This document shows, piece after piece, positions 27,930-37,672 of a DNA stretch of 51,652 bases. Positions within the stretch are counted from its first letter, which is position 1. Every line of letters begins with the position of its first letter. The notes under the pieces are model-generated. The model saw nothing but the letters and a program-made list of their open reading frames with translations. It did no database searches and was not told where the DNA came from. Made by a program: the position numbers and the translations under genes. Source of the DNA: Halodesulfurarchaeum sp. (lineage in GTDB: Archaea; Halobacteriota; Halobacteria; Halobacteriales; Halobacteriaceae); the NCBI GenBank assembly GCA_042216015.1, contig JBDGUI010000032.1, forward strand, positions 1 through 51,652. The letters are read 5' to 3'.

Positions 27930-29669
27930 TCAATCGGCGCGTTCGGTGTCTATCTGGGCGTTCTCTTCTCGCTCCAATCCGGCGGGGGTCTCACTCGGCG
28001 TCTCGATCGCCTCGAGCATCGCGTGCTCTCTTGCCAGCCCTTTGAACAGCGTGTAGATCAGGACGAGGATGATGACCGCAAAGGGGAGCCCCGTGGTGAT
28101 CGCGGCCGTCTGCAGGGCGTCGAGTCCCCCGCCGACCAACAGCGCCGCGGCGACGACCCCGACAACGACCGCCCAGAGCATCCGCTGGTGCCGTGGGACA
28201 TCGAGTTTCCCGCCGGCGGTCACGAGGGCGATGACCTGGGAACCCGAGTCCGCACTGGTGACGAAGAAGGTCACGATGACGGCCACGGCGACGACCGAGG
28301 TCACCATCGAGAGGGGATACGCGCCGAGGAGCTCGAACATGGCGTAGGCCGAACCCTGCTGCATGACCGTCCGCTGGACGGTCCCGCCCAGTTCGAGTTC
28401 GGTGAAGAGCGCCAGTCCGCCAAAGGAGCCGAGCCAGGTCATCGAGAACGCGGTCGGGAGGAGGAGCACGCCGAGGACCATCTGCCGGATCGATCGCCCC
28501 CGCGAGATGCGGGCGATGAACAGGCCCACGAACGGTGACCAGGCAATCCACCAGCCCCAGTAGAAGATCGTCCAGTGGTCCTGCCAGCCGGCGGCCTTTC
28601 CGGCCTGTTGGGGAAGCGATCCCAGGAAGGTCTCGGTGAAAAACGCCATGTGGGGGAGGTTCTGCAGGTAAAACCCGATCCCCCGAAGAATGCTCTCGAG
28701 CAGGTAGCGCGTCGGTCCGACCACCAGCACGAAGGCCATGAGGATGATCATGAGGTAGACGTTCAGCGTGCTCAGCCGCTTCAGGCCCTTGTCGATCCCG
28801 GCCCAGACAGAGAGCCCCGTAATCGCGGTGATCGCCGCGATGAGGACGAGCTGGACGCCGGCATTCACGGAGATTCCCACTCCAATCGTCCGCTCGAGCA
28901 CGATCGAGAGGCCGGCGTTGATCTGGGCCGCCCCGAGGCCCAGCGAGGTGGCCAGTCCGAAGATCGTCGCGAAGACGGTCACGAGATCGACGACGTGGCC
29001 CGGCCAGCCGAAGACCCGGTCGCCGAAGAGCGGGTAGAACATCGACCGGAAGGTCAGCGGGAGGCCCCGATTGAACGAGAAGAAGGCCAGTCCGAGGGCC
29101 ACGAGCCCGTAGATCGCCCAGGGATGGATGCCCCAGTGAAAGAGGGTGATACCCAGTGCGGCCCTGGCTGCCTCGCCCGTGTTCGGATCGAAGGGAAACA
29201 TCGTGCCGCCGCCCGTCGAGAGATGATACATGGGTTCGGCCACGCTCCAGAACATCAGCCCGATACCCATGCCCGCACTGAAGAGCATGGCCATCCACTC
29301 GAAGGTCGAATATTTCGGCTTCGCCCCGAGGCCCCCGATCGTGATGTCACCGTACCGACTCGCCGCCATGGCGACCAGCGCCACGATGAAGGCGTTCGCG
29401 CTGAAGATGTAGAGCCACCCGAAATTCGCGTTGATGAAGTCGTTGAGTGTTCGATACGCACTGGCTGCGGTCTCACCGAGCAGGATCGTTCCGATGAGAA
29501 AGAGCCCGATCATGAAAAGCGAGACCGGAAACACGACCGGGTGGACATCGAGGCCGAAGCGGGAGACGTTTGCCGCGCCGGCCGTCCGATCCGTTTCTGC
29601 GTGCAGCAATTCGGCCTGTCTGTTCGACCACCACTCCTCGTCTCGTTCGTCTCGTTCGGATTCTTCCAT
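27930..29669 (-). CDS. BCCT-family transporter (glycine betaine-type)
   Basis: MLFSAGMGIGLMFW, FHWGIHPW, WTIFYWGWWIAWSPFVGLFIARISRGR, FFVTSADS. Confidence 0.93.
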   Translation of the reverse strand: MEESERDERDEEWWSNRQAELLHAETDRTAGAANVSRFGLDVHPVVFPVSLFMIGLFLIGTILLGETAASAYRTLNDFINANFGWLYIFSANAFIVALVAMAASRYGDITIGGLGAKPKYSTFEWMAMLFSAGMGIGLMFWSVAEPMYHLSTGGGTMFPFDPNTGEAARAALGITLFHWGIHPWAIYGLVALGLAFFSFNRGLPLTFRSMFYPLFGDRVFGWPGHVVDLVTVFATIFGLATSLGLGAAQINAGLSIVLERTIGVGISVNAGVQLVLIAAITAITGLSVWAGIDKGLKRLSTLNVYLMIILMAFVLVVGPTRYLLESILRGIGFYLQNLPHMAFFTETFLGSLPQQAGKAAGWQDHWTIFYWGWWIAWSPFVGLFIARISRGRSIRQMVLGVLLLPTAFSMTWLGSFGGLALFTELELGGTVQRTVMQQGSAYAMFELLGAYPLSMVTSVVAVAVIVTFFVTSADSGSQVIALVTAGGKLDVPRHQRMLWAVVVGVVAAALLVGGGLDALQTAAITTGLPFAVIILVLIYTLFKGLAREHAMLEAIETPSETPAGLEREENAQIDTERAD

Positions 29670-29792
29670 GGTAGCTCGACTGTTTTGGCGTCGCTCTCCC
29701 AACCGTGGGGGACTGTCTCACGATACGTCTCGCGATCCCACGGTTGGAACTCTCGATTGCCCCCGCAAAAGCCCCACGATCCGGCGCTGGGA

Positions 29793-30572
29793 TCACCGCA
29801 TATTCCACCGGGACTCGAGGACGGTATGGGACTCCAGGGCCCGTTCGAGTTGCTCCACGCCCCGTGAAAGCGTCCTGGCGATCGACCGTTCGTAGGAGAT
29901 TCGGCGGGGGGATCCCGAGATGTCCATCGCCCCGAGGACGTCTCCATCGGAACCGTGAACCGGGACCGCGACTGCCTTGAGGTTCTCCCAGGCCTCCTGC
30001 TCGTTGATCGCATACCCCCGCTTTCTGACCAGTGCCAGTTCCTCCTCCAGCGTCTCTCTGTCAGTGATGGTGAATTCGGTCCGTTGGGGCAATCCCCACT
30101 GATCGATTATCTCCTCGACCCGCTTCTCGTCCATCTCGGCGAGCATCGCCTTTCCGGCGGCCGTGCTATGGAGGTAGAAATACTGTCCCCGCTGGAATCC
30201 CTCGAGGGTTCCCGTATCGAGACTGTCGAAGAGCGTGATCGCCCGCCCGTTCTCCAGCACGGAGAAGTTCACGACCTCGCTCGTCCGATCGGCTATCTCG
30301 TAGGTCTTCTCTCTGGCCAGCATGAACTCCGTGTCACGGCGCTTGGCCCGCGTCCCCAGGTGATAGAGCTTCAACCCCAACCGGTAGCGACCATCTCGCT
30401 TGATGACCAGCCCGTTCTCCCGCAGTGTCTGGAGGTGTTTGTGGGTCGTGCTGATCGCCATCCCGAGTTCCTCGGCCAACGCGCTGACTGTGGGCCCGTT
30501 CCCGTCCGAGACGGCCTCGAGGACCCGCAAGGACGTGTTCGTGGTCTCGTGTGTTCGGCCCGTGCTCCTCAT
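29793..30572 (-). CDS. IclR-family transcriptional regulator
   Basis: HTH (STTHKHLQTL, YRLG), HSTAAGKAMLA, TEFTITD, RGYAINEQE. Confidence 0.92.
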   Translation of the reverse strand: MRSTGRTHETTNTSLRVLEAVSDGNGPTVSALAEELGMAISTTHKHLQTLRENGLVIKRDGRYRLGLKLYHLGTRAKRRDTEFMLAREKTYEIADRTSEVVNFSVLENGRAITLFDSLDTGTLEGFQRGQYFYLHSTAAGKAMLAEMDEKRVEEIIDQWGLPQRTEFTITDRETLEEELALVRKRGYAINEQEAWENLKAVAVPVHGSDGDVLGAMDISGSPRRISYERSIARTLSRGVEQLERALESHTVLESRWNMR

Positions 30573-31292
30573 CGTTTCGCCATCTGTTTCACGTTATAGA
30601 AAAAACTGACCATCAGAGCGCGAACCCCTTCGGAATTTAATATTGCGGAATACAGTTTAACTTATAAAGAACGCGCCAGATGAGCGAATAGTCCCTCGGA
30701 AGGGTCTGCCGGAAAACATATTCGCTCAACTGTTGCGGTCCAGCGACCGGACCCCTCATGGCATTCTTGAAGCCACAGCCCGTTTGCCACATTTTCGTAT
30801 ATCGAAATGACGTTTATCGTTGCCAGGACCTTTTCGATGGGGCTCCGGATCGTGTTATTTCCAAAGGAGTGATGCCGGCTCACCTCTCGCGGCGAAAGGC
30901 CTATGCCATGAAATCTGGCCCAGGGTCGCTTCTATCATCGTATACGTGATGTGTGAAGATCTCCCGGGGAATCTGGCCCATCAGCAGCCAGCGCGTTCTC
31001 CCTGTTCGGCCCCCCGGTTCAAATGCTAGCCGTTCATATATAAGTTAAACTCAATAGCGCTATATCAAATTTTTCTCCCGCAGCCACCATCCGGGTCCTC
31101 GCAAATGCGTCCAGATCGTCAATTATCGTGCGATAGAACTCCTCTCACAGTAGTTTTGCGTTCACTCGACGGACGTCTCGGTGGCCTTCGTCTCCTGATA
31201 GGGTGGTCGAAAGCCAATCGAAGAAGGGGTCAATGACCGAGTTTCCTGACAAACGCCGCAAAACCAATACTGTTGAAGAACTGTCAGTCGCC

Positions 31293-31979
31293 TCAGGCCT
31301 GCGTCGTCGCTTCGGGTTCCTCGAGAATCGACTCGAGGAGCTTCGACTGGGCGGCGGCGAGGTGTTCGGTGAAGGTAGAAGTCGTGATGCCGAGCTCCGC
31401 TGCGACCTGTCCGGCATTTGCGCCCTTCGGGTGCTCGAAGTAGCCCATCTCGTGGGCGACTTCGAGGACCTCGCGTTGCCGATCGGTCAGGACGCCGCGA
31501 TCGACGAAGACCAGATCCTCACTCCCCTCGTCCTCGCGGGAACTCACCAATCGCTGGACGTCGACGTCGTCATAGGATTCACGCAACGCCGTGATGGCCC
31601 CTCGGAGATCGTCGATCGAGGGGGCGTGAAACACGATCGAGAGGTCCCCCGCCTCGGCCTGGATGTCCACGATCGGGCAGTCGTATCCCTCGACGAGTTC
31701 GCAGGCGCAATCGTGGCCGAAATTCCGCTGAAATCGGTAGACAGACTGCTGTCCGTAGGAGAAGACCGGCTCGAAGGTCCCATCCGGGAGCTCCACGCTC
31801 GCGTCCGTGGCGAACTCCTCGGTGACCCGTCCCGTCTCCGGGTCGACCCGCTTCGAGACGTTGAAGCACTCCACGCCGTCGTCCGAGACCTCGGCGATCG
31901 GACAGTTCTCGAGGTCTGCGAGTCGGACCTTTGCCCTGATCCCCTCGGATGCCGTGGCCTCGCTCGCGAGCGAACTCAT
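31293..31979 (-). CDS. HTH-10 (Bat-type) transcriptional regulator, DmsR-like
   Basis: GIRAKV...CPIA...CACE; C-terminal LTDRQREVLEVAHEMGYFEHPKGANA...TFTEHL. Confidence 0.88.
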   Translation of the reverse strand: MSSLASEATASEGIRAKVRLADLENCPIAEVSDDGVECFNVSKRVDPETGRVTEEFATDASVELPDGTFEPVFSYGQQSVYRFQRNFGHDCACELVEGYDCPIVDIQAEAGDLSIVFHAPSIDDLRGAITALRESYDDVDVQRLVSSREDEGSEDLVFVDRGVLTDRQREVLEVAHEMGYFEHPKGANAGQVAAELGITTSTFTEHLAAAQSKLLESILEEPEATTQA

Positions 31980-32295
31980 CGCCCTTTCCCCGTGGTCGGT
32001 CCACTCCCCGGTCGGGGGGCCTCTATGGGGCGGCCGGACGATGGGACGATCATTCCGTTCATTACATACATATTTGGTGGTATCGTTTCCAACACCCTAA
32101 AATCCACTCCCCTTCCCAATTATTGAAAATGCCAGTTGCGGGCGTTTCAGCCGATTTCACCTCCTTTTTCTTACGAATGCGTGCCATTTTTGAATTTTTA
32201 GTGTACCCCAAATATGCGGGAGACGATCCAGTCAGATGAGGTTGGCCTTGCTGGGGTCGGAAGGGTTTACCCAGCACCTCCCCTGAATCCGCACC

Positions 32296-32922
32296 ATGTC
32301 GTCCGGCATCCGGGCGGAGCTGGCGTTCGAGAACCCCGACGCGTGTCGAATCGCCGGCTTTCTCGATGGTGATGCCGATGCCGCATCCATCTCCTGGTCG
32401 GTGGCGCCGGAGTCCGGGCAGATCACCGAGGAGTTCGCCGTGGACGGCCCCCACACGGTCGAGGGCCCGACGGAGGTCTTCTCCTATGGCAACCGTTCCA
32501 TCTACCGATTTCAGCGCGGCCACGACGGGTGTTGTCCCTGCGAGACGGTCCAGGACTTCGACGTCCCGGTCCGGGACATTCACACCGTGGACGGCTCGCT
32601 TCACCTCGCCATTCACGTCGAGGACATGGACGAGCTCAGGCGGATCGTCGTCGGTGTCAGGTCGGAATTCCCCGAGGTGCGAATCGTCCGGCTCGTCCAC
32701 GCGAGAGAAGGGGCCGAGGGCGACCTCGTGTTGGTCGACCGCGGGGAACTGACGACCCGACAGCGCGAGGTCCTCGAAACCGCCCACGAACTGGGCTACT
32801 TCGACCACCCGAAGGGGGCGAATGCGGGCGAAGTCGCCGAGGAACTCGACATCACGACTTCTACCTTCACCGAACACCTTTCCGCCGCCCAGTCGAAGCT
32901 CCTGACGGCAATCCTCTCCTGA
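32296..32922 (+). CDS. HTH-10 (Bat-type) transcriptional regulator, DmsR-like paralog
   Basis: GIRAEL...CRIA...CCPCE; LTTRQREVLETAHELGYFDHPKGANA...TFTEHL. Confidence 0.88.
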   Translation: MSSGIRAELAFENPDACRIAGFLDGDADAASISWSVAPESGQITEEFAVDGPHTVEGPTEVFSYGNRSIYRFQRGHDGCCPCETVQDFDVPVRDIHTVDGSLHLAIHVEDMDELRRIVVGVRSEFPEVRIVRLVHAREGAEGDLVLVDRGELTTRQREVLETAHELGYFDHPKGANAGEVAEELDITTSTFTEHLSAAQSKLLTAILS

Positions 32923-32923
32923 G

Positions 32924-34354
32924 CTACCCGTTGTCCAGTTGACTGCCGATCAGACCGTCGATCGCCTCGACGAAGGCCGGTTCTGTCCCCTCGGGGACCG
33001 TCGCGCCGGCGGCCATCGCGTGGCCACCGCCTTCGCCCCCGACGCTGGCTGCGGCCTCCCGCATGGCAACCGAGAGGTCGATCCCACGGCCGGAAAGCCG
33101 GTTCGGTGCCCGTGCCGAGACCTTGATCCCCGCCTCGTCGTCCTTGGTCGCGAAGCCGACGATCGGCCGCTGGCGGTCGATCCCCTTCGATCCCAGGACC
33201 ATTCCCGCGACGATTCCGACGATCGTTGCCCGGATCTCCCGTCCCGCGTGGAACCACTGGACGTGAGCTTCCCGGTTCACGCCGGTTTTCTCGACGAACT
33301 CGATGCCGGCCGAGAGGTGCTTTCGGTGCTCGCGGAGCAACTGGAGTGCCGTCTCGAGTGCCCCATCTCGGTCGCCGCGGCAGACGGCAAGCCCCACCTC
33401 GCTCCGCTCGTATCGGGCGGTCGCGTTGAGCACCGTGGCGAACTCGCTCGCGTCCCGGAGCTGTGTTCCCGGCTTCTCCCGTGGGAGGATGTACCGGGTT
33501 CCGACGAGCCGCTCCACCCGTTCGGCCGGGACGCCACGATCGATCGCCCGGGCGATGAGTCCGCTTACGATCTGCTGGCGCGTGTCGGCGTCTAGCTCTG
33601 CCCAGGTCGGCCAGCGGTCCCCGTCTCGCACTGGCTTCGGGAGGGATTGCAGGAACTCGATCGCACCGCGGCGACTCCCCGTGATGCCGGGGATCCGAAT
33701 CTCCCAGGTGTACTCGAGGAGCTTCGGCAGGGGCCGGGTCTGGGTGCCATAGAGGGCGAGATCCGTCCCGATCTCCACCGCCCCGGCGGCCTCGCCCTCC
33801 TCGGCGATTGCCCGGTTCGCGCCCACGAGTTCCCCGTCTTCGGTCTGTCGGTCACCGACGGCGCCGACGACGGCCAAGGAGGCGAGCGTCCGGGGATCAC
33901 TCTCGGGTTCGACCCGATCGGCGATCGCCCGGGCGAGCACGTACGCCGCTCCCGCGCCGGCGAGTTCACGCCCGCCGTCGAGCCCGACGTCGACGGGGTT
34001 GAGGTGCTGTTCGATCGTCGCGTCGACCGGCTGGTGGTGGTCGACGACGACCGGCGTGAATCGACCCCGATCGGCGTGGTGGGCGAGCCGGTCGAGGCCG
34101 CCGCTGCCCAGGTCGGTGAGGAGCACGACGTCCTCGGAACCGGTGGCCAGTTCGTCGATCGCCGGCTCGTCGAGGTCGTGTTTGATCTCGGTGGTCACCG
34201 GAACCTCGGCCCACTCGAGCGCGGTCCGGGCGATGGCCGCGCTGGTCAGTCCGTCGGCGTCGTCGTGGGAGACGAGGCGGACCGAATCCGCCCCGCAGAG
34301 CACGGCCGCCGACCGATCGGCGCGTTCTTGCAGTGCGGGAACGGGTGGGTCCAT
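32924..34354 (-). CDS. recJ: RecJ/GAN-like DHH-DHHA1 nuclease
   Basis: SHDDADG, LTDLG, VVDHHQ, GAVGD, KVSAR, GGGHAMAAGA. Confidence 0.88.
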   Translation of the reverse strand: MDPPVPALQERADRSAAVLCGADSVRLVSHDDADGLTSAAIARTALEWAEVPVTTEIKHDLDEPAIDELATGSEDVVLLTDLGSGGLDRLAHHADRGRFTPVVVDHHQPVDATIEQHLNPVDVGLDGGRELAGAGAAYVLARAIADRVEPESDPRTLASLAVVGAVGDRQTEDGELVGANRAIAEEGEAAGAVEIGTDLALYGTQTRPLPKLLEYTWEIRIPGITGSRRGAIEFLQSLPKPVRDGDRWPTWAELDADTRQQIVSGLIARAIDRGVPAERVERLVGTRYILPREKPGTQLRDASEFATVLNATARYERSEVGLAVCRGDRDGALETALQLLREHRKHLSAGIEFVEKTGVNREAHVQWFHAGREIRATIVGIVAGMVLGSKGIDRQRPIVGFATKDDEAGIKVSARAPNRLSGRGIDLSVAMREAAASVGGEGGGHAMAAGATVPEGTEPAFVEAIDGLIGSQLDNG

Positions 34355-34396
34355 CACGAAAACCTGGGTCGTCTTGCGGGATAAACGTGTGCCCGA

Positions 34397-35137
34397 TCAG
34401 GTCGGGTCGAGGTCCTCGAGCGCCCTTCGTGCGAGCGCCTCGAAGTCCGCGGACTCGGGAACGATGTCGACAGTGAGCCCTGACGCGGCGGCCGTTTCGG
34501 CGGTCGGTGACCCGATCGCCGCGACGACGGCCCCGTCGAGTCCCCCCCTGACGTCGCTCTCGACGCCCCGGTCCCTGGCGACCGCGAGGAAGTGCTCGAC
34601 CGTCAACGAGGAGGTGAAAAGCGCCGCGTCGAGGTCGCCCCTCGCGGCGAGTTCGACGGAGTCGCCCGCCCCGTCCGGAACCACCAGTTCGTAGAGGATC
34701 GTCTCGTGCAGGTAGGCGCCCGCCGCCCCGAGGCCGTCGAGGAGCACCTGGCTCCCGTGATCGCTCCGGGCGATCTCGACGCGCTCCCCGTCGACCTCGC
34801 TCTCGAGGGCCTGGACGAGTCCGGCGGAGGTGTACTCGTCGGGAACGAATCCCACCTCGAACCCGGCGGACTCGGCGGCTTCGGCCGTCGAGGGACCGAT
34901 CGTCACCAGCGTGCTCGCGCCCGGCTCCCAGCCAGCCGAGGCGGCCAGTTCCACGCCGGTCTTGCTCGTGAGGACGGTGTACGCCCCGTCGGTGCGGGGA
35001 GTCGCGCCGGTCGGCTCGATCGCGAGCATCGGGTCCGGAACTGGCGTCGCACCAAGGTCCTCGAGCAAGTCGACCGCCTCCTCGATGCGCTCGTCCGCGG
35101 GCCGGAAGACCGCGACCCGTGGTCGCGCCCCCGTCAT
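34397..35137 (-). CDS. hemD: Uroporphyrinogen-III synthase
   Basis: VAVFRP, LTSKTGV, IGPSTA, ARSDHGS, FTSSLTV, AIGSPTA; ATGA overlap with hemC. Confidence 0.9.
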   Translation of the reverse strand: MTGARPRVAVFRPADERIEEAVDLLEDLGATPVPDPMLAIEPTGATPRTDGAYTVLTSKTGVELAASAGWEPGASTLVTIGPSTAEAAESAGFEVGFVPDEYTSAGLVQALESEVDGERVEIARSDHGSQVLLDGLGAAGAYLHETILYELVVPDGAGDSVELAARGDLDAALFTSSLTVEHFLAVARDRGVESDVRGGLDGAVVAAIGSPTAETAAASGLTVDIVPESADFEALARRALEDLDPT

Positions 35138-36207
35138 TCCCGCTTTGCCTCCGCGATGAGTTCGGCCGCGCCACGATCGGCGAGTTCGCTCGCGAACTGG
35201 CGGGCTTCGTTTTCGTACTGTTCGACGTCGAGGGCCCGTGTCTCCCTGACTTCCTCGCTCCCGTCCCGGCTCAGCACCTGGACGGTCGTCCGGACGACGT
35301 CGCCCTGGACGGTCGCGTGGATGCCGAGCGGAGCGACACAGCCGGCCCCGAGTTCCGCGAGCACCACCCGCTCCACGGTCGTCGCGACCCGCGTCGGGGG
35401 GTGGTCGAGGGCCGCGTGGATCGCCTCGGCGACCTCGCTTCCCCCGTGGGCGGCGATCGCGAGGGCGCCCTGTCCGGCCGCTGGGACGTGTGACTCGACG
35501 GGGAGCTCCACGTGTGAGACTGCATCGAGCAGACTGCTCCGGACGAGTCCGGCCTTCGCGAGAACGATCGCGTCGTACGCCGTGTCGACCTCCCGCCCCA
35601 GCGCGCCCCGCTCGACCTCCGACAGCGAGTCGAACCACTCCTCGGGCGACCGGTCGTCGGGAGCCTCGACGTCGGACTCGGACGCTGCGGCCTCGAGACG
35701 GATTTCGTGCTCGGCCTGCAGGCTGGGGGCGAGTACCTTCTCGACCCGTGTGTCGACGTTCCCCCGCAGCGGCTCGATCTCGAGGTCCGGCCGGCGGGCC
35801 CGAACTTGCGCGCCGCGACGGAGACTCGAGGTACCGACGATTGCCCCCTGAGGGAGCTCCGCCAGGGTGTCTCCGTCCGGTGTGACGAGCACGTCCTCGA
35901 CCGGGCCACGGGACGGAACGGCCGCGATGACGATCTTTGCGGGCTCCTCGGTGGGGACGTCCTTCATCGAGTGGACCGCGCCGTCTACTTCCTCGTCCAT
36001 CACGAGCCGGTCGAGCTCCCGGACGAAGGCGCCGGTCTTCCCGAGGTCCTGAATGAGGGCGTCCTCGATGCGGTCCCCCTGGGTCTCGACCTCGCGGAGG
36101 TCGGCGTCGATGCGCTGGTCCGCGAGTCGGGACTGGACCTGTGCGGCCTGCCGGAGGGCCAGGTCGGAGCCCCGAGTCGCGAGTTCGATCGTCCCCTTTG
36201 CGCTCAT
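35134..36207 (-). CDS. hemC: Porphobilinogen deaminase
   Basis: LATRGSDLALRQ, HSMKDVP, GTSSLRR, LRGNVDTR, PAAGQGAL, LGAGCVAP. Confidence 0.94.
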   Translation of the reverse strand: MSAKGTIELATRGSDLALRQAAQVQSRLADQRIDADLREVETQGDRIEDALIQDLGKTGAFVRELDRLVMDEEVDGAVHSMKDVPTEEPAKIVIAAVPSRGPVEDVLVTPDGDTLAELPQGAIVGTSSLRRGAQVRARRPDLEIEPLRGNVDTRVEKVLAPSLQAEHEIRLEAAASESDVEAPDDRSPEEWFDSLSEVERGALGREVDTAYDAIVLAKAGLVRSSLLDAVSHVELPVESHVPAAGQGALAIAAHGGSEVAEAIHAALDHPPTRVATTVERVVLAELGAGCVAPLGIHATVQGDVVRTTVQVLSRDGSEEVRETRALDVEQYENEARQFASELADRGAAELIAEAKRE

Positions 36208-36265
36208 ACCTGTCCTCGCCCCCGCGGAAGTGAAAACCTCCCGGCTCGGGCCGGCCGGCTCCCCA

Positions 36266-37600
36266 TCACAGCACCGCCCTGTAGGCCTCGAGGGTCTCCT
36301 CGATGTCCTCTGTGGTGTGTGCGGCCGTGAGGAACTGCGATTCGAACTGGTTCGGGGTGAGCACCACGCCCTCCTCGCGCATCCGGTGGTAGAACACCCG
36401 CTCCCACCGGTCGGTCTCGGCCGCCTCGACGTCGCTCGCGTTCTCCGGGCAGGCGCCACGTTTCGCACACTCGGCGTCGTGCCGACAGCCGGTCGAACAC
36501 CCCTCGTCCTGAACCGGCCCGTCGCGGGTGAAGACGACCTTGAACATGCTGTCGATGCCGGTCACCGTGTAATTCGGGGCCCTGTCGGCGACGATGTCCA
36601 CCAGTCCGGACCGGAGCCGGTCGCCCAGGTCGGCGAGGTGCTCGTAGACGTTTTCCTCCGCGGCATAGCGAAGCGTCTCCAGTCCCGCGGCCATCGTCAC
36701 GGGGTGCCCGGAGAAGGTACCGGCCTCGAAGACGTCGCCGGCGGGTGTCAGCGCCTCCATGATCTCGGCTTTGCCCCCCACCGCGCCGACAGGGAACCCG
36801 CCCCCGATGACCTTCGCGAGGGTCGTGAGGTCGGGTTCGATCCCGAAGTGGCTCTGGGCACAGCCCAGCCCGCCGACCCGGAAGCCGGTCATGACCTCGT
36901 CGAGGATCAGGAGTGCCCCGTGTTCGCGGGTCACCTCCCGGAGGGTCTCGTGATAGCCCGGCTTCGGCATGACGATGCCCCGATTCCCGAGGATCGGTTC
37001 GGTGAGCACCGCGGCGATCTCCTCGCCCCGCTCCGCGAAGACCTGCTCGATGCGCTCGGTGTCGTTGAACGGGACGGGTATCGTGTGCGCGGCGAATTCG
37101 GCCGGCACGCCCGGGCTTGATGGCACCGACTGCCCCGCGTCGGTCTCGACGAGCGTGCTCTCCTGGGCGCCGTGGTAGCCGCCCTGCATGACGACCACCT
37201 TGTCGCGGTCGGTATAGCCGCGGGCGAGCCGCACGGCCGCCGTCGTGGCCTCGGTCCCGGAGTTCACGAACCGAACCATCTCGATACTCGGGACGTGTCG
37301 GGCGATGAACTCCGCGAGTTCGATCTCGACCTCGGTGGGGGCGCCGTACATCGGGCCATCGCTGACCTGGGACTGGATCGCCGCGATCACCCGGTCGGGC
37401 AGATCGTGGCCCAGGAGGACCGGACCGTACCCGGCCACGTAGTCGACGTATCGGTTCCCGTCGGCGTCGATGACGTGGGCCCCATCCCCGCGCTCGACGA
37501 ACGCGGGATAGGGGTGGGTCGCCCGGACAGGGGAGTTCACCCCGCCGGGCATGACCGAGAGGGCCCGATCGTACAGGTCGCGGGAGGCGTCGTGTCGCAT
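36266..37600 (-). CDS. hemL: Glutamate-1-semialdehyde 2,1-aminomutase
   Basis: [52 protein letters not shown]. Confidence 0.95.
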   Translation of the reverse strand: MRHDASRDLYDRALSVMPGGVNSPVRATHPYPAFVERGDGAHVIDADGNRYVDYVAGYGPVLLGHDLPDRVIAAIQSQVSDGPMYGAPTEVEIELAEFIARHVPSIEMVRFVNSGTEATTAAVRLARGYTDRDKVVVMQGGYHGAQESTLVETDAGQSVPSSPGVPAEFAAHTIPVPFNDTERIEQVFAERGEEIAAVLTEPILGNRGIVMPKPGYHETLREVTREHGALLILDEVMTGFRVGGLGCAQSHFGIEPDLTTLAKVIGGGFPVGAVGGKAEIMEALTPAGDVFEAGTFSGHPVTMAAGLETLRYAAEENVYEHLADLGDRLRSGLVDIVADRAPNYTVTGIDSMFKVVFTRDGPVQDEGCSTGCRHDAECAKRGACPENASDVEAAETDRWERVFYHRMREEGVVLTPNQFESQFLTAAHTTEDIEETLEAYRAVL

Positions 37601-37672
37601 GGCCCGAGGTTGGGCAGGCGGGGCCATGAAGGTAGTGCTGTCCGATTTCGGTTCCGGGGGCGCCCGGACACC

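Noticed and set aside
30662..31029. Short ORFs of 63-73 aa in the AT-rich spacer
   Set aside because: Non-acidic, mutually overlapping and motif-free
35590..35735. Acidic insertion in HemC as a possible intein
   Set aside because: Too short and lacks splicing residues; looks like the usual haloarchaeal HemC insert
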